A stretch of 64,000 bases of DNA, taken from positions 97,278,001-97,342,000 of the forward strand of contig OZ024744.1 in the NCBI GenBank assembly GCA_964016885.1, written 5' to 3'. Positions 13,040-26,900 of this stretch are shown here, piece after piece. Under the pieces are notes generated by a model. That model did no database searches. It was not told where the DNA came from and saw nothing but the letters and a program-made list of their open reading frames with translations. A program made the position numbers and the translations under genes. The DNA comes from Eledone cirrhosa (taxonomy: Eukaryota). The first letter of the stretch is position 1. Every line of letters starts with the position of its first letter.

Positions 13040-13355
13040 TCATTAAGACATCTCTCTTGTAGAAGGTCACTCTGATATAAAACCTTCGACTTCGTTTGCC
13101 TCCAATGATGTAGACCAGTTCTTCTTTGGGGGCAAGTGGATTCGATGTTCAGAGAGTGGCATTGGCCTTGAGCAAAGCCTTTCTTCACTTAAAAAAGCTT
13201 CAAGCATAGACATCGCTTGTTATATGACATTTTTTGCGATCCATAGTATTGCTGGCCAGAGGCAAGTTCCTAGCAGCACTAAAAGGTCAGGTTGGTGATG
13301 TTCATGCTTAATTATCAAGCTATGGCATTACTCGAAATCGAGTTGCGGTGATCAT
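13040..13355 (+). mobile_element. Non-autonomous RTE derivative fragment (5'UTR part + 3' end)
   Basis: GATGTAGACCAGTTCTTCTTT...CAGAGAGTGGCATTGGC...CACTTAAAAAAGCTTCAAGCATAGACATCG matches 22500-22610. It ends TACTCG....GAGTTGCGG..ATCAT + (TGTA)n. Confidence 0.6.
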
Positions 13356-13959
13356 GTATGTATATGTATGTATGTATTTATGCATTCTCTTAATTTTGAG
13401 TTTATTTTTAACTAGCCACCTTCCTGGTGGCAAAGTTCTAAAGAAAAGGAAATTGTCGTTGTCCCTTGTTTAAGGGTTCGTCCTTTGAATCGTAAGAATG
13501 TTTTATATTTTTTGAGGGTTCCAAATATTGCGTCCTCGGGTAGCTCATGAATTAAGAAGAGACATTCTTTCTCCACAAATCTAAGCTCAGTAATACCAGG
13601 CGGAATGGTATATAACCTGGAGCTCCAATAATGATGGATATAAAGCTGAAGGTGTATCTTGGATACTGGCTCTGAAAACTTCTAATAAATGGTCCGTAAA
13701 CATCCTCCTTCTCTTTCATTTTTCTTACCACATTGATATAAAGTGGGTAGCTGACCTCTACAACAGATCATGTTTTTAATGTGTGGTCCCAAATACCAAT
13801 ATCAGGTCGGTTATGCTTTCATTTGGTAGCAGCTTTTAATTTTAGGTTCCTTTGCGCCATTGGTACAATATAGACAGTCAATCGACTTTCGTCAAATCGG
13901 ACCGAGGAAACAATGTTCCTTGGTCTTTCCAATTGCTAATACTATATATCGGTCGCAAC

Positions 13960-14090
13960 TCCAGGTAGAAGGAGGAACGTGAAATAAAGTGTCTTGATCA
14001 AGGACATAACGCATCACCCGGTCCAGGAACCGAACTCACAACCTCTCGATTGCGAATCCAATTCTCTAATCACTCAGCCACACGCCTTCA
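13960..14090 (-). mobile_element. CORE-like SINE
   Basis: Reverse-complement homologue of 9463-9610 (GTGAAATAAAGTGTCTTG.TCAAGGA). Confidence 0.7.
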
Positions 14091-14591
14091 CAATATATTC
14101 CCCCCTATTTGATTTGATTTTCCTTTTCCGTAATGCATTCCAGATCATTCTAGCTATCACATCATATTTCATGGGGAGGGAGTAAAAAAAAAAGAGTAAC
14201 TATTTCACAATAAAGTGGTTAACATCTTCAATCTTTGTTTTTCACAGCCTACATTTATTGTCAACTGATGACTTTTGTGCAGTAGGTACTTCGTGGGATT
14301 TATTCGTTGATTGCATGGAGATATCCATCAAGGTGGGATGTCATAATCTTGTCTGATCTCCATGTTAGCTTTTAGTATGGTTTATCTTTCCTATAGTCTG
14401 TGCTCTTTGTCTCAAGTACACATGTGCAACCTTCTCAGTGAATTAGTCCGTTTTGTTGTGTTATTTTATTTTATTTTATTTTATTTTTTTTGTTCGAGCA
14501 TTCAGTAAAGTCTTTCAGTGTTCCTGTGAGATAGATGTGTATCAGGTTTTATTCCACATCTCTCTTCTAGAACAGTGGCAACCGTAACAAT

Positions 14592-14780
14592 GGTGGATTG
14601 GCAGTATCGGTAGCGAGTCGGACGCCATACTTTGCAGCATAGAGTTACGCCCCTTTACGATTTGAGTTCAAATCCCGCCGAAGTTAACTTTGCTTTTCAT
14701 CCTTACGGGGGTCGATAAAATAAAGTACCAGTAATGCACTGGGATAATTGCTGGCCTTGTGCCAAAAGTAGAAACGATTA
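14592..14780 (+). mobile_element. tRNA-derived SINE (Meta-like core)
   Basis: Full copy with A and B boxes and the core GCTTTTCATCCTTACGGGGGTCGATAAAATAAAGTACCAG. Confidence 0.85.
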
Positions 14781-17270
14781 TTACTTTCATAAATCTGGGC
14801 TAGGTGGCTGCTGATCTTTTTCTTCTTTTGAAGATGTTGCTTCAGTGTTACTTCCCGGGTCTCAATATAATGTTAATATGGATTTTAAGCCGCGATCATC
14901 CTCCTTGTGTGAGAAATATATCCACATAACCATTGATGTTTCCAATAACACTGATCAACTTGTGGGTCCTAACATCAATCTCGCTCAGTTCAGCAAGCCA
15001 ATTGTTAGTTAGCTTTAGGTTGGGCACAGCAAAAGTATAATGGGCAATGTGTTTGTTGTACGCTGAGAGTTCTGATGATCATATTCTCTTTACTCATCTG
15101 AGATATTCATTCCTAGACATCTCCTTATCTAATGGTCCATCATATCTGACATTCTAATCCTGTCCAAGATACCTCTAACTGTCCCCTAATTGTAGAAGTT
15201 GTACCATCAAGCTGTTTATTTTAGGATTTCAAAGGTGGACACACATTTTCCATGTTGGAGTCACCTAATTTCATTCCAATGTCTAGAAAATTGGGTAAAG
15301 AGGTCCGATTTTTTGTGGTTGATATTTGGCCCAGGTCATCGACAAAGAAAAGACGAGATATATTCCTGGATATATTTCTATGCCCACTATATTTTTTGAG
15401 CATGTATGATTGTGGGTTTAATGAGAGGACGAAGAGCACTAACAAGCTATCACCTTAAAAATTCCCTTTTTGGTAGGGAATGCTATCAGACAATTTGCTC
15501 CTTATCCCTCTGAAGAAGCAAGGTGTTAGTCAGGTGTTTGCTAACAGCAGTTATGAGATTTCATAATCGTAAAACCTTAATAATCCATCCATGTAGTGTA
15601 CTATCAAAAGCCTTCTGGTAATCCCGCCACACTACGGGCAAGTTATTGTGATTCTTTACTATTTTTTCTTGGAATATTTCGTTAATTAGTAGCTCCCCTC
15701 CTTCTTTCTACCAGCTTGCTAAATGATCCTTCAAGAACAGTTTGAGGTATCCAGTGTATAATTTGGGCATGAGGTTCTGGCAGGCGATTGGGCGATAAGT
15801 TTTAGGTTTTAGCAAAGTGGGTGGCTATTTCTTTTTTCGGAGAAGGGGGTAAGAAGAGTAGTGGCAGTTGATAACCACTGGAGCAGTTCTTGTGTGCCCA
15901 TGATACTTTCTCCATACAACCGTACAAGATCTCACCGATAAAAGAGGAAAATCTGCAGGGAGTAACCTGTAATGTGGTCTAGGAATTTCGTGTTTGATAT
16001 TTTCTGAGGATCTGTTTCCATTATTGAGCTGTCTATCTCATATTGGTTTTGTTGAACATGTTGGCGTGGTCCTGCTCTAGTTCTTTTACTTTTAGCCATA
16101 CAACTTGATCAGGTTGATCTGTCGGCGTTTATTTTACAGAGATTGAGCCTTTCACATTGAAGCTAGGATATACTGATCTGAGATCTCCAGCAAATAATCT
16201 ATTTAGCGTTCGCTGTTTAGACTCTATAGATTTATACTTTAATTTTTTAGCTGTAATTGTGAGTTGTTGTTTCATCAAGTTTAGTTTGGAATTTAGTGTT
16301 TTAAATTATGTATCTTCAAATGGCCTCTAGTTTTTTTGTTTTGTTTTTAGCCCCCCCCCCCCCCCCCCCGACGTTGTGGGAAACTATTCTTTATGTTACA
16401 TTCCATAACTACAACGATCTGTGTAATACTTCTTAAGTTAGGTGCCCATACAGGCTCAGGCTTTCTGTTTGTATCTCGATTATGTGGCTTCAGCTCTTTG
16501 TGATACTCTAGCAATGTCATAGCTGAGACATATATAAAAAGGTTAACGGTTTCGTTGTTATTCTCATACCTCTGGACTTTGTGGCCTTCAGATAATTGAC
16601 TGTTATTCGGTTAATTGCCTCCAATTCTAATTTACTGCGTCCTATGCTTATACTGGTGTTGCAGGGAATGTCATTCAAATTAAGGTTGTGGACCTGTTGA
16701 AACATATCATCCCAGATCACTTGAAAGGTGCTCACAAGTCTTTGGTCTTCTGTTTGTACAGTAGAGTTATTTATTTCAGTTAAATTGTTTGTATGTTGTT
16801 TACTACTAAATGTAGCTGATTATTCTGTCTGTGCAACAGTGGTAGTGAGACAACAGACTTCAGTGACTGTCTTTCTGGTGGCAGCCTGCTTTGAATCAGA
16901 TAGTTCCATTACATATATCAATGTATATCTAATGATTCGTTTTGCTTGTTCATTTAAATGTTTTAGGGAAAATTCTAATTTTGGGTTGTTTGGAGTTCAA
17001 CAAATTTTTTTAAGCCTTTACATAAAACCGAACTTTTGGGGTGACATTGTATATATACTTCATATAAACCTCTGTTAAGATTGTATACAATGACTGTAGT
17101 CACGATTCTGTCTAAGGACACTTTTATACGTTTAACCATGGTGGTTATGTCTATTGAATGGTTTTTGTTTTTTTAGTTTTCAAAACAGAAGACGATCTTT
17201 AAAAGTTTCGACAAAGTTTTGTCAGATTTAAATTTAATGTTGTGTCACAACTTGTGAAATCTTTCCTTTC

Positions 17271-17348
17271 AGATTGTACCAGCGCATCAGCCCCGCCATC
17301 ACCCGAGGTAACGCTGCGAATATGCTGGGTTGCGTCAAAAATTATTAG
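17271..17348 (+). pseudogene. C-terminal fragment of a CRE-like RLE retrotransposon ORF
   Basis: Translates to RLYQRISPAITRGNAANMLGCVKNY*, matching the QR(L/I)S.A(I/L)QRGNA motif that ends CRE-clade ORFs. Confidence 0.6.
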
Positions 17349-17430
17349 AGAAGTTTCCCAGCGTTCCTCGCGATACTGTTATCTTTTACTCTGGTAGCGG
17401 TTCGGTTGTCCAACCATTTTGACTGCCATT

Positions 17431-20400
17431 TGTTGTATATGGACCTTGATGTATGTATTACCTGCTTGTGTATTGTATGTGGTCCTAGATGTATGTATTA
17501 CCTGCTTGTGTGTTGTATGTGATCCTAGATGTATGTATTACCTGCTTGTGTGTTGTATGTGGTCCTAGATGTATGTATTACCTGCTTGTGTGTTGTATGT
17601 GGTCCTTGATGTATGTATTACCTGCTTGTGTGTTGTATATGGTCCTTGATGTATGTATTACCTGCTTGTGTGTTGTATGTGGACCTAGATGTATGTATTA
17701 CCTGCTTGTGTAATGTATGTGGTCCTAGATGTATGTATTACCTGCTTGTGTGTTGTATATGGTCCTTGATGTATGTATTACCTGCTTGTGTGTTGTATGT
17801 GGACCTAGATGTATGTATTACCTGCTTGTGTAATGTATGTGGTCCTAGATGTATGTATTACCTGCTTGTGTGTTGTATGTGGACCTAGATGTATGTATTA
17901 CCTGCTTGTGTAATGTATGTGGTCCTAGATGTATGTATTACCTGCTTGTGTGTTGTATGTGGTCCTAGATGTATGTACTACCTGCTTGTGTGTTGTATGT
18001 GGTCCTAGATGTATGTATTACCTGCTTGTGTATTGTATGTGGTCCTTGATGTATGTATTACCTGCTTGTGTGTTGTATGTGATCCTACATCTATGTATTA
18101 CCTGCTTGTGTGTTGTATGTGGTCCTAGATGTATGTATTACCTGCTTGTGTGTTGTATGTGATCCTAGATGTATGTATTACCTGCTTGTGTGTTGTATGT
18201 GGACCTAGATGTATGTATTACCTGCTTGTGTGTTGTATGTGGTCCTAGATGTATGTATTACCTGCTTGTGTGTTGTATGTGGTCCTAGATGTATGTATTA
18301 CCTGCTTGTGTGTTGTATGTGGTCCTAGATGTATGTATTACCTGCTTGTGTGTTGTATGTGGTCCTAGATGTGTGTATTACCTGCTTGTGTGTTGTATGT
18401 GATCCTAGATGTATGTATTACCTGCTTGTGTATTGTATGTGGTCCTAGATGTATGTATTACCTGCTGGTGTGTTGTATGTGGTCCTAGATGTGTATATTA
18501 CCTGCTTGTGTGTTGTATGTGGTCCTAGATGTATGTATTACCTGATTGTGTGTTGTATGTGGACCTAGATGTATGTATTACCTGCTTATGTGTTGTATGT
18601 GGTCCTAGATGTATGTATTACCTGCTTATGTGTTGTATGTGGTCCTAGATGTATGTATTACCTGCTTGTGTGTTGTATGTGGTCCTAGATGTATGTATTA
18701 CCTGATTGTGTGTTGTATATGGTCCTTGATGTATGTATTACCTGCTTGTGTGTTGTATGTGGTCCTAGATGTATGTATTACCTGATTATGTGTTGTATGT
18801 GGTCCTTGATATATGTATTACCTGCTTGTGTGTTGTATATGGTCCTTGATGTATGTATTACCTGCTTGTGTGTTGTATGTGGTCCTAGATGTATGTATTA
18901 CCTGCTTGTGTGTTGTATGTGGTCCTAGATGTAAGTATTACCTGCTTGTGTGTTGTATATGGTCCTTGATGTATGTATTACCTGCTTGTGTGTTGTATGT
19001 AGTCCTAGATGTATGTACTACCTGCTTGTGTGTTGTATGTGGTCCTAGATTTATGTATTACCTGCTTGTGTGTTGTATGTGGTCCTAGATGTATGTATTA
19101 CCTGCTTGTGTATTGTATGTGGTCCTAGATGTATGTATTACCTGCTTGTGTGTTGTATATGGTCCTCGATGTATGTATTACCTGCTTGTGTGTTGTATGT
19201 GGTCCTAGATGTATGTACTACCTGCTTGTGTATTGTATGTGGTCCTAGATGTATGTATTACCTACTTGTGTGTTGTATATGGTCCTTGATGTATGTATTA
19301 CCTGCTTGTGTGTTGTATGTGGTCCTAGATGTATGTATTACCTGCTTGTGTGTTGTATGTGGTCCTAGATGTATGTACTACCTGCTTGTGTGTTGTATGT
19401 GGTCCTAGATGTATGTATTACCTGCTTGTGTGTTGTATGTGGTCCTAGATGTATGTATTACCTGATTGTGTGTTGTATGTGATCCTAGATGTATGTATTA
19501 CCTGCTTGTGTGTTGTATGTGGTCCTAGATGTATGTATTACCTGCTTGTGTGTTGTATATGGTCCTTGATGTATGTATTACCTGCTTGTGTGTTGTATGT
19601 GATCCTAGATGTATGTATTACCTGCTTGTGTGTTGTATGTGATCCTAGATGTAAGTATTACCTGCTTGTGTGTTGTATGTGGTCCTAGATTATGTATTAA
19701 CTGCTTGTGTGTTGTATGTGGTCCTAGATGTATGTATTACCTGCTTGTGTGTTGTATGTGGTCCTAGATGTATGTATTACCTGCTTCTGTGTTGTATGTG
19801 GTCCTAGATGTATGTATTACCTGATTGTGTGTTGTATGTGGTCCTAGATTATGTATTAACTGCTTGTGTGTTGTATGTGGTCCTAGATGTATGTATTACC
19901 TGCTTGTGTGTTGTATGTGGTCCTAGATGTATGTATTACCTGCTTGTGTGTTGTATGTGGTCCTAGATGTATGTATTACCTGATTGTGTGTTGTATGTGA
20001 TCCTAGATGTATGTATTACCTGCTTGTGTGTTGTATGTGGTCCTAGATATATGTATTACCTGATTGTGTGTTGTATGTGGTCCTAGATTATGTATTACCT
20101 ACTTGTGTGTTTATGTGGACCTAGATGTATGTATTACCTGCTTGTGTGTTGTATGTGGTCCTAGATGTATGTATTACCTGCTTGTGTGTTGTATATGGTC
20201 CTTGATGTATGTATTACCTGCTTGTGTGTTGTATGTGATCCTAGATGTATGTATTACCTGCTTGTGTGTTGTATGTGATCCTACATCTATGTACTACCTA
20301 CTTGTGTATTGTATATGGTCCTAGATGTGTGTATTACCTGCTTGTGTGTTGTATGTGGTCCTACATCTATGTACTACCTACTTGTGTATTGTATATGGTC

Positions 20401-21746
20401 CTAGATGTGTGTATTACCTGCTTGTGTGTTGTATGTGGTCCTAGATGTATGTATTACCTGCTTGTGTGTTGTATGTGGTCCTAGATGTAAGTATTACCTG
20501 CTTGTGTGTTGTATATGGTCCTTGATGTATGTATTACCTGCTTGTGTGTTGTATGTGGTCCTAGATGTATGTACTACCTGCTTGTGTGTTGTATGTGGTC
20601 CTAGATTTATGTATTACCTGCTTGTGTGTTGTATGTGGTCCTAGATGTATGTATTACCTGCTTGTGTATTGTATGTGGTCCTAGATGTATGTATTACCTG
20701 CTTGTGTGTTGTATATGGTCCTCGATGTATGTATTACCTGCTTGTGTGTTGTATGTGGTCCTAGATGTATGTACTACCTGCTTGTGTATTGTATGTGGTC
20801 CTAGATGTATGTATTACCTGCTTGTGTGTTGTATGTGGTCCTTGATGTATGTATTACCTGCTTGTGTGTTGTATGTGATCCTAGATGTATGTATTACCTG
20901 CTTGTGTGTTGTATGTGGTCCTAGATGTATGTATTACCTGCTTGTGTGTTGTATGTGGTCCTTGATGTATGTATTACCTGCTTGTGTGTTGTATGTGATC
21001 CTAGATGTATGTATTACCTGCTTGTGTGTTGTATGTGGTCCTAGATGTATGTATTACCTGCTTGTGTGTTGTATGTGGTCCTAGATTATGTATTACCTAC
21101 TTGTGTGTTTATGTGGACCTAGATGCATGTATTACCTGCTTGTGTGTTGTATGTGGTCCTAGATGTATGTATTACCTGCTTGTGTGTTGTATATGGTCCT
21201 TGATGTATGTATTACCTGCTTGTGTGTTGTATGTGATCCTAGATGTATGTATTACCTGCTTGTGTGTTGTATGTGATCCTACGTCTATGTACTACCTACT
21301 TGTGTATTGTATATGGTCCTAGATGTGTGTATTACCTGCTTGTGTGTTGTATGTGATCCTACATCTATGTACTACCTACTTGTGTATTGTATATGGTCCT
21401 AGATGTGTGTATTACCTGCTTGTGTGTTGTATGTGGTCCTAGATGTATGTATTACCTGCTTGTGTGTTGTATGTGGTCCTAGATGTATGTATTACCTACT
21501 TGTGTGTTTATGTGGACCTAGATGTATGTATTACCTGCTTGTGTGTTGTATGTGGTCCTAGATGTATGTATTACCTGCTTGTGTGTTGTATATGGTCCTT
21601 GATGTATGTATTACCTGCTTGTGTGTTGTATGTGATCCTAGATGTATGTATTACCTGCTTGTGTGTTGTATGTGGTCCTAGATGTAAGTATTACCTGCTT
21701 GTGTGTTGTATGTGATCCTAGAATTATGTATTACCTGCTTGTGTGT
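17431..21746 (+). repeat. 40-bp satellite, ~108 copies
   Basis: Unit GTATGTATTACCTGCTTGTGTGTTGTATGTGGTCCTAGAT with point variants. Confidence 0.98.
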
Positions 21747-22174
21747 TTTATCTTTCTTTTTTCCTTTCCATTTTCTTTCTTTTTTTTCTCTTTTATTTGT
21801 AACATTATGTTGACGGTTATACCTTAATAAAATTATCAGTATATATATATATATTTATATGGTAGAGTACTAACATTGGTACTACATCCAGTAATTTAAA
21901 TGTCCACATGTACCTATGTATGTGGGTATATGTATGTATATAACGTATGAATACATACATATATATGTATATAGGTATGTATATTATGTATGTATGTATG
22001 CAAGTATGTATGCATATACATATGCATGTATGTATATATATACATATGTATGTATATATGTATGTGTGTACGTATGTCTGCAAGTATGTATGTACATATA
22101 CATGTATGTATGTATATATACATATATATGTATATATGTATATAAGTATGTATGTATATATGTATGTATGTACC

Positions 22175-25100
22175 TGTCAGGTCACTCTCGGGTGCTACTG
22201 GTAACATGTAACCCTGTACAACCTGTCTCATGGTCGGGTCGGCGGCGACTAAACTGGCAACCTCACCAAGCTAGCTTGGTGGGGTTGCCAGTTTAGTCGC
22301 CGCCGAGGGTGATATTTGGACACCCTGCGGGATGAAATACCAGACCCGACAAAAGGCGGAGGAACTCAGCAGAGTCAACGGCCATCCAAATAGTATTTTT
22401 TTTTTTTACCTGGGAGTGAAAGGCCCCCAGTTGTTGTCAAAACACCTTTCTAAGAGAGGGAAATTCTGAAAAAAAAACCTGCGGCTTCGGAAGCATCCGA
22501 TGATGTTGACCAGTTCTCCTTTTCGGGTAGTGTTTTAGATGCTCAGAGAGTGGGATTGGCCAAGTGCAAGGCCTTTTCACACTTAAAAAACCTTCAAAGC
22601 ACAGGCATCGTTTGTTCAGGATCTGTTACAGGTTCGTGTGGATGGACGTAGCCTAAAAGTGTATCAAACTCAATGGCAGTAAGGTCTCTGGAACTTATTG
22701 TGAAGGGGTATGGCCCGGCAGGTGTCCCATGGCACTGCAGCGTGGGCCCCGTCGTCATCCTACAACTGCAAAGAGGTTCAAACCTCTGAATATTGGATGC
22801 TGGAATGTAAGAACTTTACTTGATTCGCAGTCCAGTGAAACTCGCCCAGAAAGAAGATCTGCTTTGGTGTCGCGGGAACTCGATCGCTATAGCATGGACA
22901 TCGTTGCTCTTTCAGAAACGAGATTGGCAGGTGAGGGTCAATTCACAGAACAGAAGGGAGGATATACCTTCTATTGGAGTGGTGGAGCAGAGGGTTGTAG
23001 GAGAGAGGCAGGGGTCGCATTTGCTGTCAGAAATAGAATCTTCTCAAAGCTGGAAAATCTTCCTTGTGGATTCAATGATTGGATAATGTCCATGAGAGTC
23101 CCTCTGATTCAAAACCGCTTTGTGACTCTGGTCAATGTATACACTCCTACTATGTGTGCCAGTGATGATGAAAAACTAAGTTTCTACATGTCTTTGAGAG
23201 AGGACATCCATGGTATACCTTATGCAGACAAGATTATCATCCTTGGTGATTTTAATGCACGTGTTGGTAATGACTGGGAAGCTTGGAGTGTGATGGGCAA
23301 GCATGGAGTAGGTAAGTGCAATAACAATGGCCTACTTCTGTTGCAGATGTGCACTGAGATGGATCTTGTTGGGAACACGCTCTTTCAGCAAAAAGACAAA
23401 TATAAGACAAATTGGATGCATCCAGGTTCCAAGAAGTGGCACCTTATTGACTTTGTTTTAACGAGAAAACGTTGTATCAGGGATATCACATTGGCTCGTA
23501 TATTGCGAGGCGCAGAATGTTGGACTGATCATCATCTGGTGCGCGCCAAATTTCAATTTGTTGTGAAGCCCAAAGTATGAGGGAAGAAGGTTGCACTTCC
23601 AAAACAACTAAATGTGGCTCGTCTGAAAACAGAAACTCAGAGCTGAGCTGTCGAAGTCCCTTGAGTCCATGGAATGTGAAAACTCGTGGGAATCATTGAA
23701 GAAAACCGTCTATGTTGTTAGTGCTGGAGTTTTGGGTCATACCAATAGAAAGCATAAAGACTGGTTCGATGAAAATGGTGTAGTGATCCAGAACTTCCTT
23801 GAAGAGAAACAAAAAGTGCTGACATCATTGTTGTGTGAGACACGTTCTGACAGGAGTGACCGGACCTTCAGGCAGATCAAGGCACATGTGCAACATCCAT
23901 TGAGAGCCATGCAGGATACCTAGTGGAGTCAAAAGGCTGATGAAATCCAGAAGGCCTCAGATAAACATGATACAAATCTCCTATACAGTCTGCTCAGGGA
24001 GGTATATGATCCGACCGGTTCACAAATATCACCACTTCGTTCCAGGGACGGCAAGGAATTGCTCAGAAATCCGAAGGAAATCCTGATCAGGTGGCATGAC
24101 CACTTTGATGAGCTTCTCAACAGACCATCAGAAATTGATGATGAGTTCATCCGGTCGATTCCATCCAGACCTACAAAGCTGGCAATGGCTGATCCTCCTT
24201 CATTTGATGAAGTGGCGAAGGCCATTGCCAAATTAAACAGCGGCAAGTCACCAGGAATGGATGGACTGAGTGCCGAGATTTTCAAGTGTGCTGGTGATAA
24301 CTTCTTAAACCGCCTCACTGATCTCTTTGTGAATGTTTGGAATGAAGATGTGCCACAGGATTGAAAAGATGGATTGATGGTGGTATTTTACAAAGGAAAG
24401 GGAGCCAAAGATGACTGTGGCAACTACAGAGGTATTTCACTGCTATCTGTGGCTGGGAAGATCTTGTGCAGGATATTGTTGGACAGATTGATACAGCACA
24501 TTGCTGTTGAGGTACTTCCTGAGTCCCAATGTGGCTTTAGGAATGGCAGAGGCACTGTTGACATGATCTTCTCGGCCAGACAACTTCAAGAGAAATGCAT
24601 TGAGCAGCGCATGGATTTATACCAAGTTTTTGCCGATCTGACTAAAGCATTTGACACCGTTAATCGGAAGGCTTTGTGGGTTATTTTGGAGAGATTGGGC
24701 TGTGCTGAAAAGTTTGTGAACATTCTGAAACTCTTCCACGATGACATGCAGGCATGGGTGAATGTTGGAGGTAAACTGTCTGAGTCAATCTCAGTTGAAA
24801 AGGGTGTCAAGCAGGGTGATATATCTGCACCAACTTTGTTTGCCTTGTATTTCGCAATGGTGTTCTTCATGGCCTTCAAGGATTGTCAACATGGTATCTA
24901 TCTGAGATATCGCACTTCCGGCAAGCTGCTTAACCTTAGGCGTCTCACTGCCAACACTAAGGTACTGAGTACCTTGATCAGAAAATGTTTATATGCAGTT
25001 GATTGTGATCTCTTTGCAGCCCCCCCCCCCCCCCCGAGTGACATGCAATACCTTATGGATTCTTTTTCCAATGCGTGCAGTGCTTTGGGACTGACAATCA

Positions 25101-26100
25101 GTCTGAAGAAGACTGTCGTCATGTACCAACCTGCTCCGGATAAAGTTTTCAATGAACCCTCCGCTGAAGGCTGCTGACAGATTTGTGTATTTGGGGATTA
25201 CTCTGAGTGTGACCTGCTCTCTGAATGCAGAAGTTGGTCTATGACCGTCTTTGGTGCAAGCGAGGAATCACAATTCGGACCAAGGTGAGAGTGTATGCTG
25301 TATGTGTACTGTCAGCTTTGCTGTATGCATGTGAGACATGGGCTGCCTATAAACGGCATATCCACAGACTGGGACAGTTTCACCAACAGTGTCTCAGAAA
25401 GATGCTCGGTATCAAGTGACAGATGCATGTGAGTGATGTTGAGGTCCATGAGAGAAGTGAGTGTCGGAGCATTGAGAGTATCATCCACCAACGGCGTTTG
25501 CGATGGACCGGACACCTCTGCAGAATGGAGGATGATCGAATCCCAAAACAACTCTTGTATGGCGAGCTTTGTGAGGGTAAGAGACCACCTCACAAGCCAA
25601 AGCTCCGATTCAAGGATTGTGTAAAGGTCTCATTGAAAAAAACTGGTTTGATGATGGCTGACTGGGAGATAGAAGCTCTTGAAACAGAGACTTGGCGTGG
25701 AATGATGAATGGTGGGGTCCATAATTTTGAGGACAGACGCATAGAGCACGAGAAGATCAAACGGGATGTGCGTAAGCAATGCCCTGGTATGTCTCTTGAA
25801 ACGATCGGTGTCTCCATTGAATTAACGTGCCCTGAGTGTGGACAAATTTGCTTGAGCAAATCTGGTCTCAGGAGCCACAGTCGCAGCCATGTTCAAAGAG
25901 AACCAGTGAACTATGATCTCCCCGGTGTAGTGAGGGTTCACGGGCAACCTGATGCAGGACCTCAAGTCAGGGAGATCCATAGTTGACGTCAGTGTGTGAA
26001 GGAGTGCAAGTCTCTAGCAGGCTTGTAAAGCCATATCCGAGCGTCCCACATCTGAATCTGACAAGTGATTGCAATACTCTTGGCAGAGTTTGCAGCCATT
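22175..26100 (+). mobile_element. Near full-length RTE-clade LINE with stops and frameshifts
   Basis: EN ORF 22729-23580 (GCWNVRTL, LSETR, GDFNAR, TDH). RT 24059-25177 (NYRGISLL, ADLTKAFDTV, GVKQG). C-terminal C2H2 CPECGQICLSKSGLRSHSRSH. Flanked by (TGTA)n-rich sequence. Confidence 0.93.
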
Positions 26101-26192
26101 ACGTATGTATGCAAGTATGTATGTATGATACATGTATGTATGTATGTATACATATATATGTATATATATTTATGTATGTATATATGTATGTA

Positions 26193-26228
<36 letters not shown>

Positions 26229-26545
26229 TGTACGTATGTATGCAAATATGTATGTACATATACATGTATGTATGTATGTATATATATACATATGTATGTA
26301 TATATGTATATATGTATGTATATATGTATGTGTGTATATATGTATGAATGAATGTATATATGTATGTATGTATTTTTCAATTCATGTAATTAATATCTTC
26401 ACATTATAAACCTTGAATTACCGAGAGTACTTAGTTGAATAGTGGTCAAACTAGTCTAGTAGGTAGTAACATCTTATTTATCTTTCTAACTCTCAATTTT
26501 TGTCTCTCATTACCTCTCTCACTCTTTCACCCCCACCCCACCCCA

Positions 26546-26900
<355 letters not shown>

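Larger units (their letters stand above)
13480..16900 (-). mobile_element. Heavily degraded R4/Dong-like (RLE) non-LTR retrotransposon, interrupted by SINEs
   Basis: Minus-strand remnants DYQKAFDS (~15600-15625), SSELSAYNKHIAH (~15040-15080), KHNRPDI (~13800) and YTFSFISIIIGAPGY (~13610-13660) parallel the element at 32.4-35.7 kb. Confidence 0.7.

Noticed and set aside
17255-17348. Possible host exon after a TTTCCTTTCAG acceptor
   Set aside because: The peptide matches a retroelement C-terminal motif, and no other host exons are evident.
17489-21827. Many MYVLPACVLY ORFs; possible CRISPR-like array
   Set aside because: These are products of a contiguous 40-bp satellite. There are no unique spacers or cas genes, and the context is eukaryotic.
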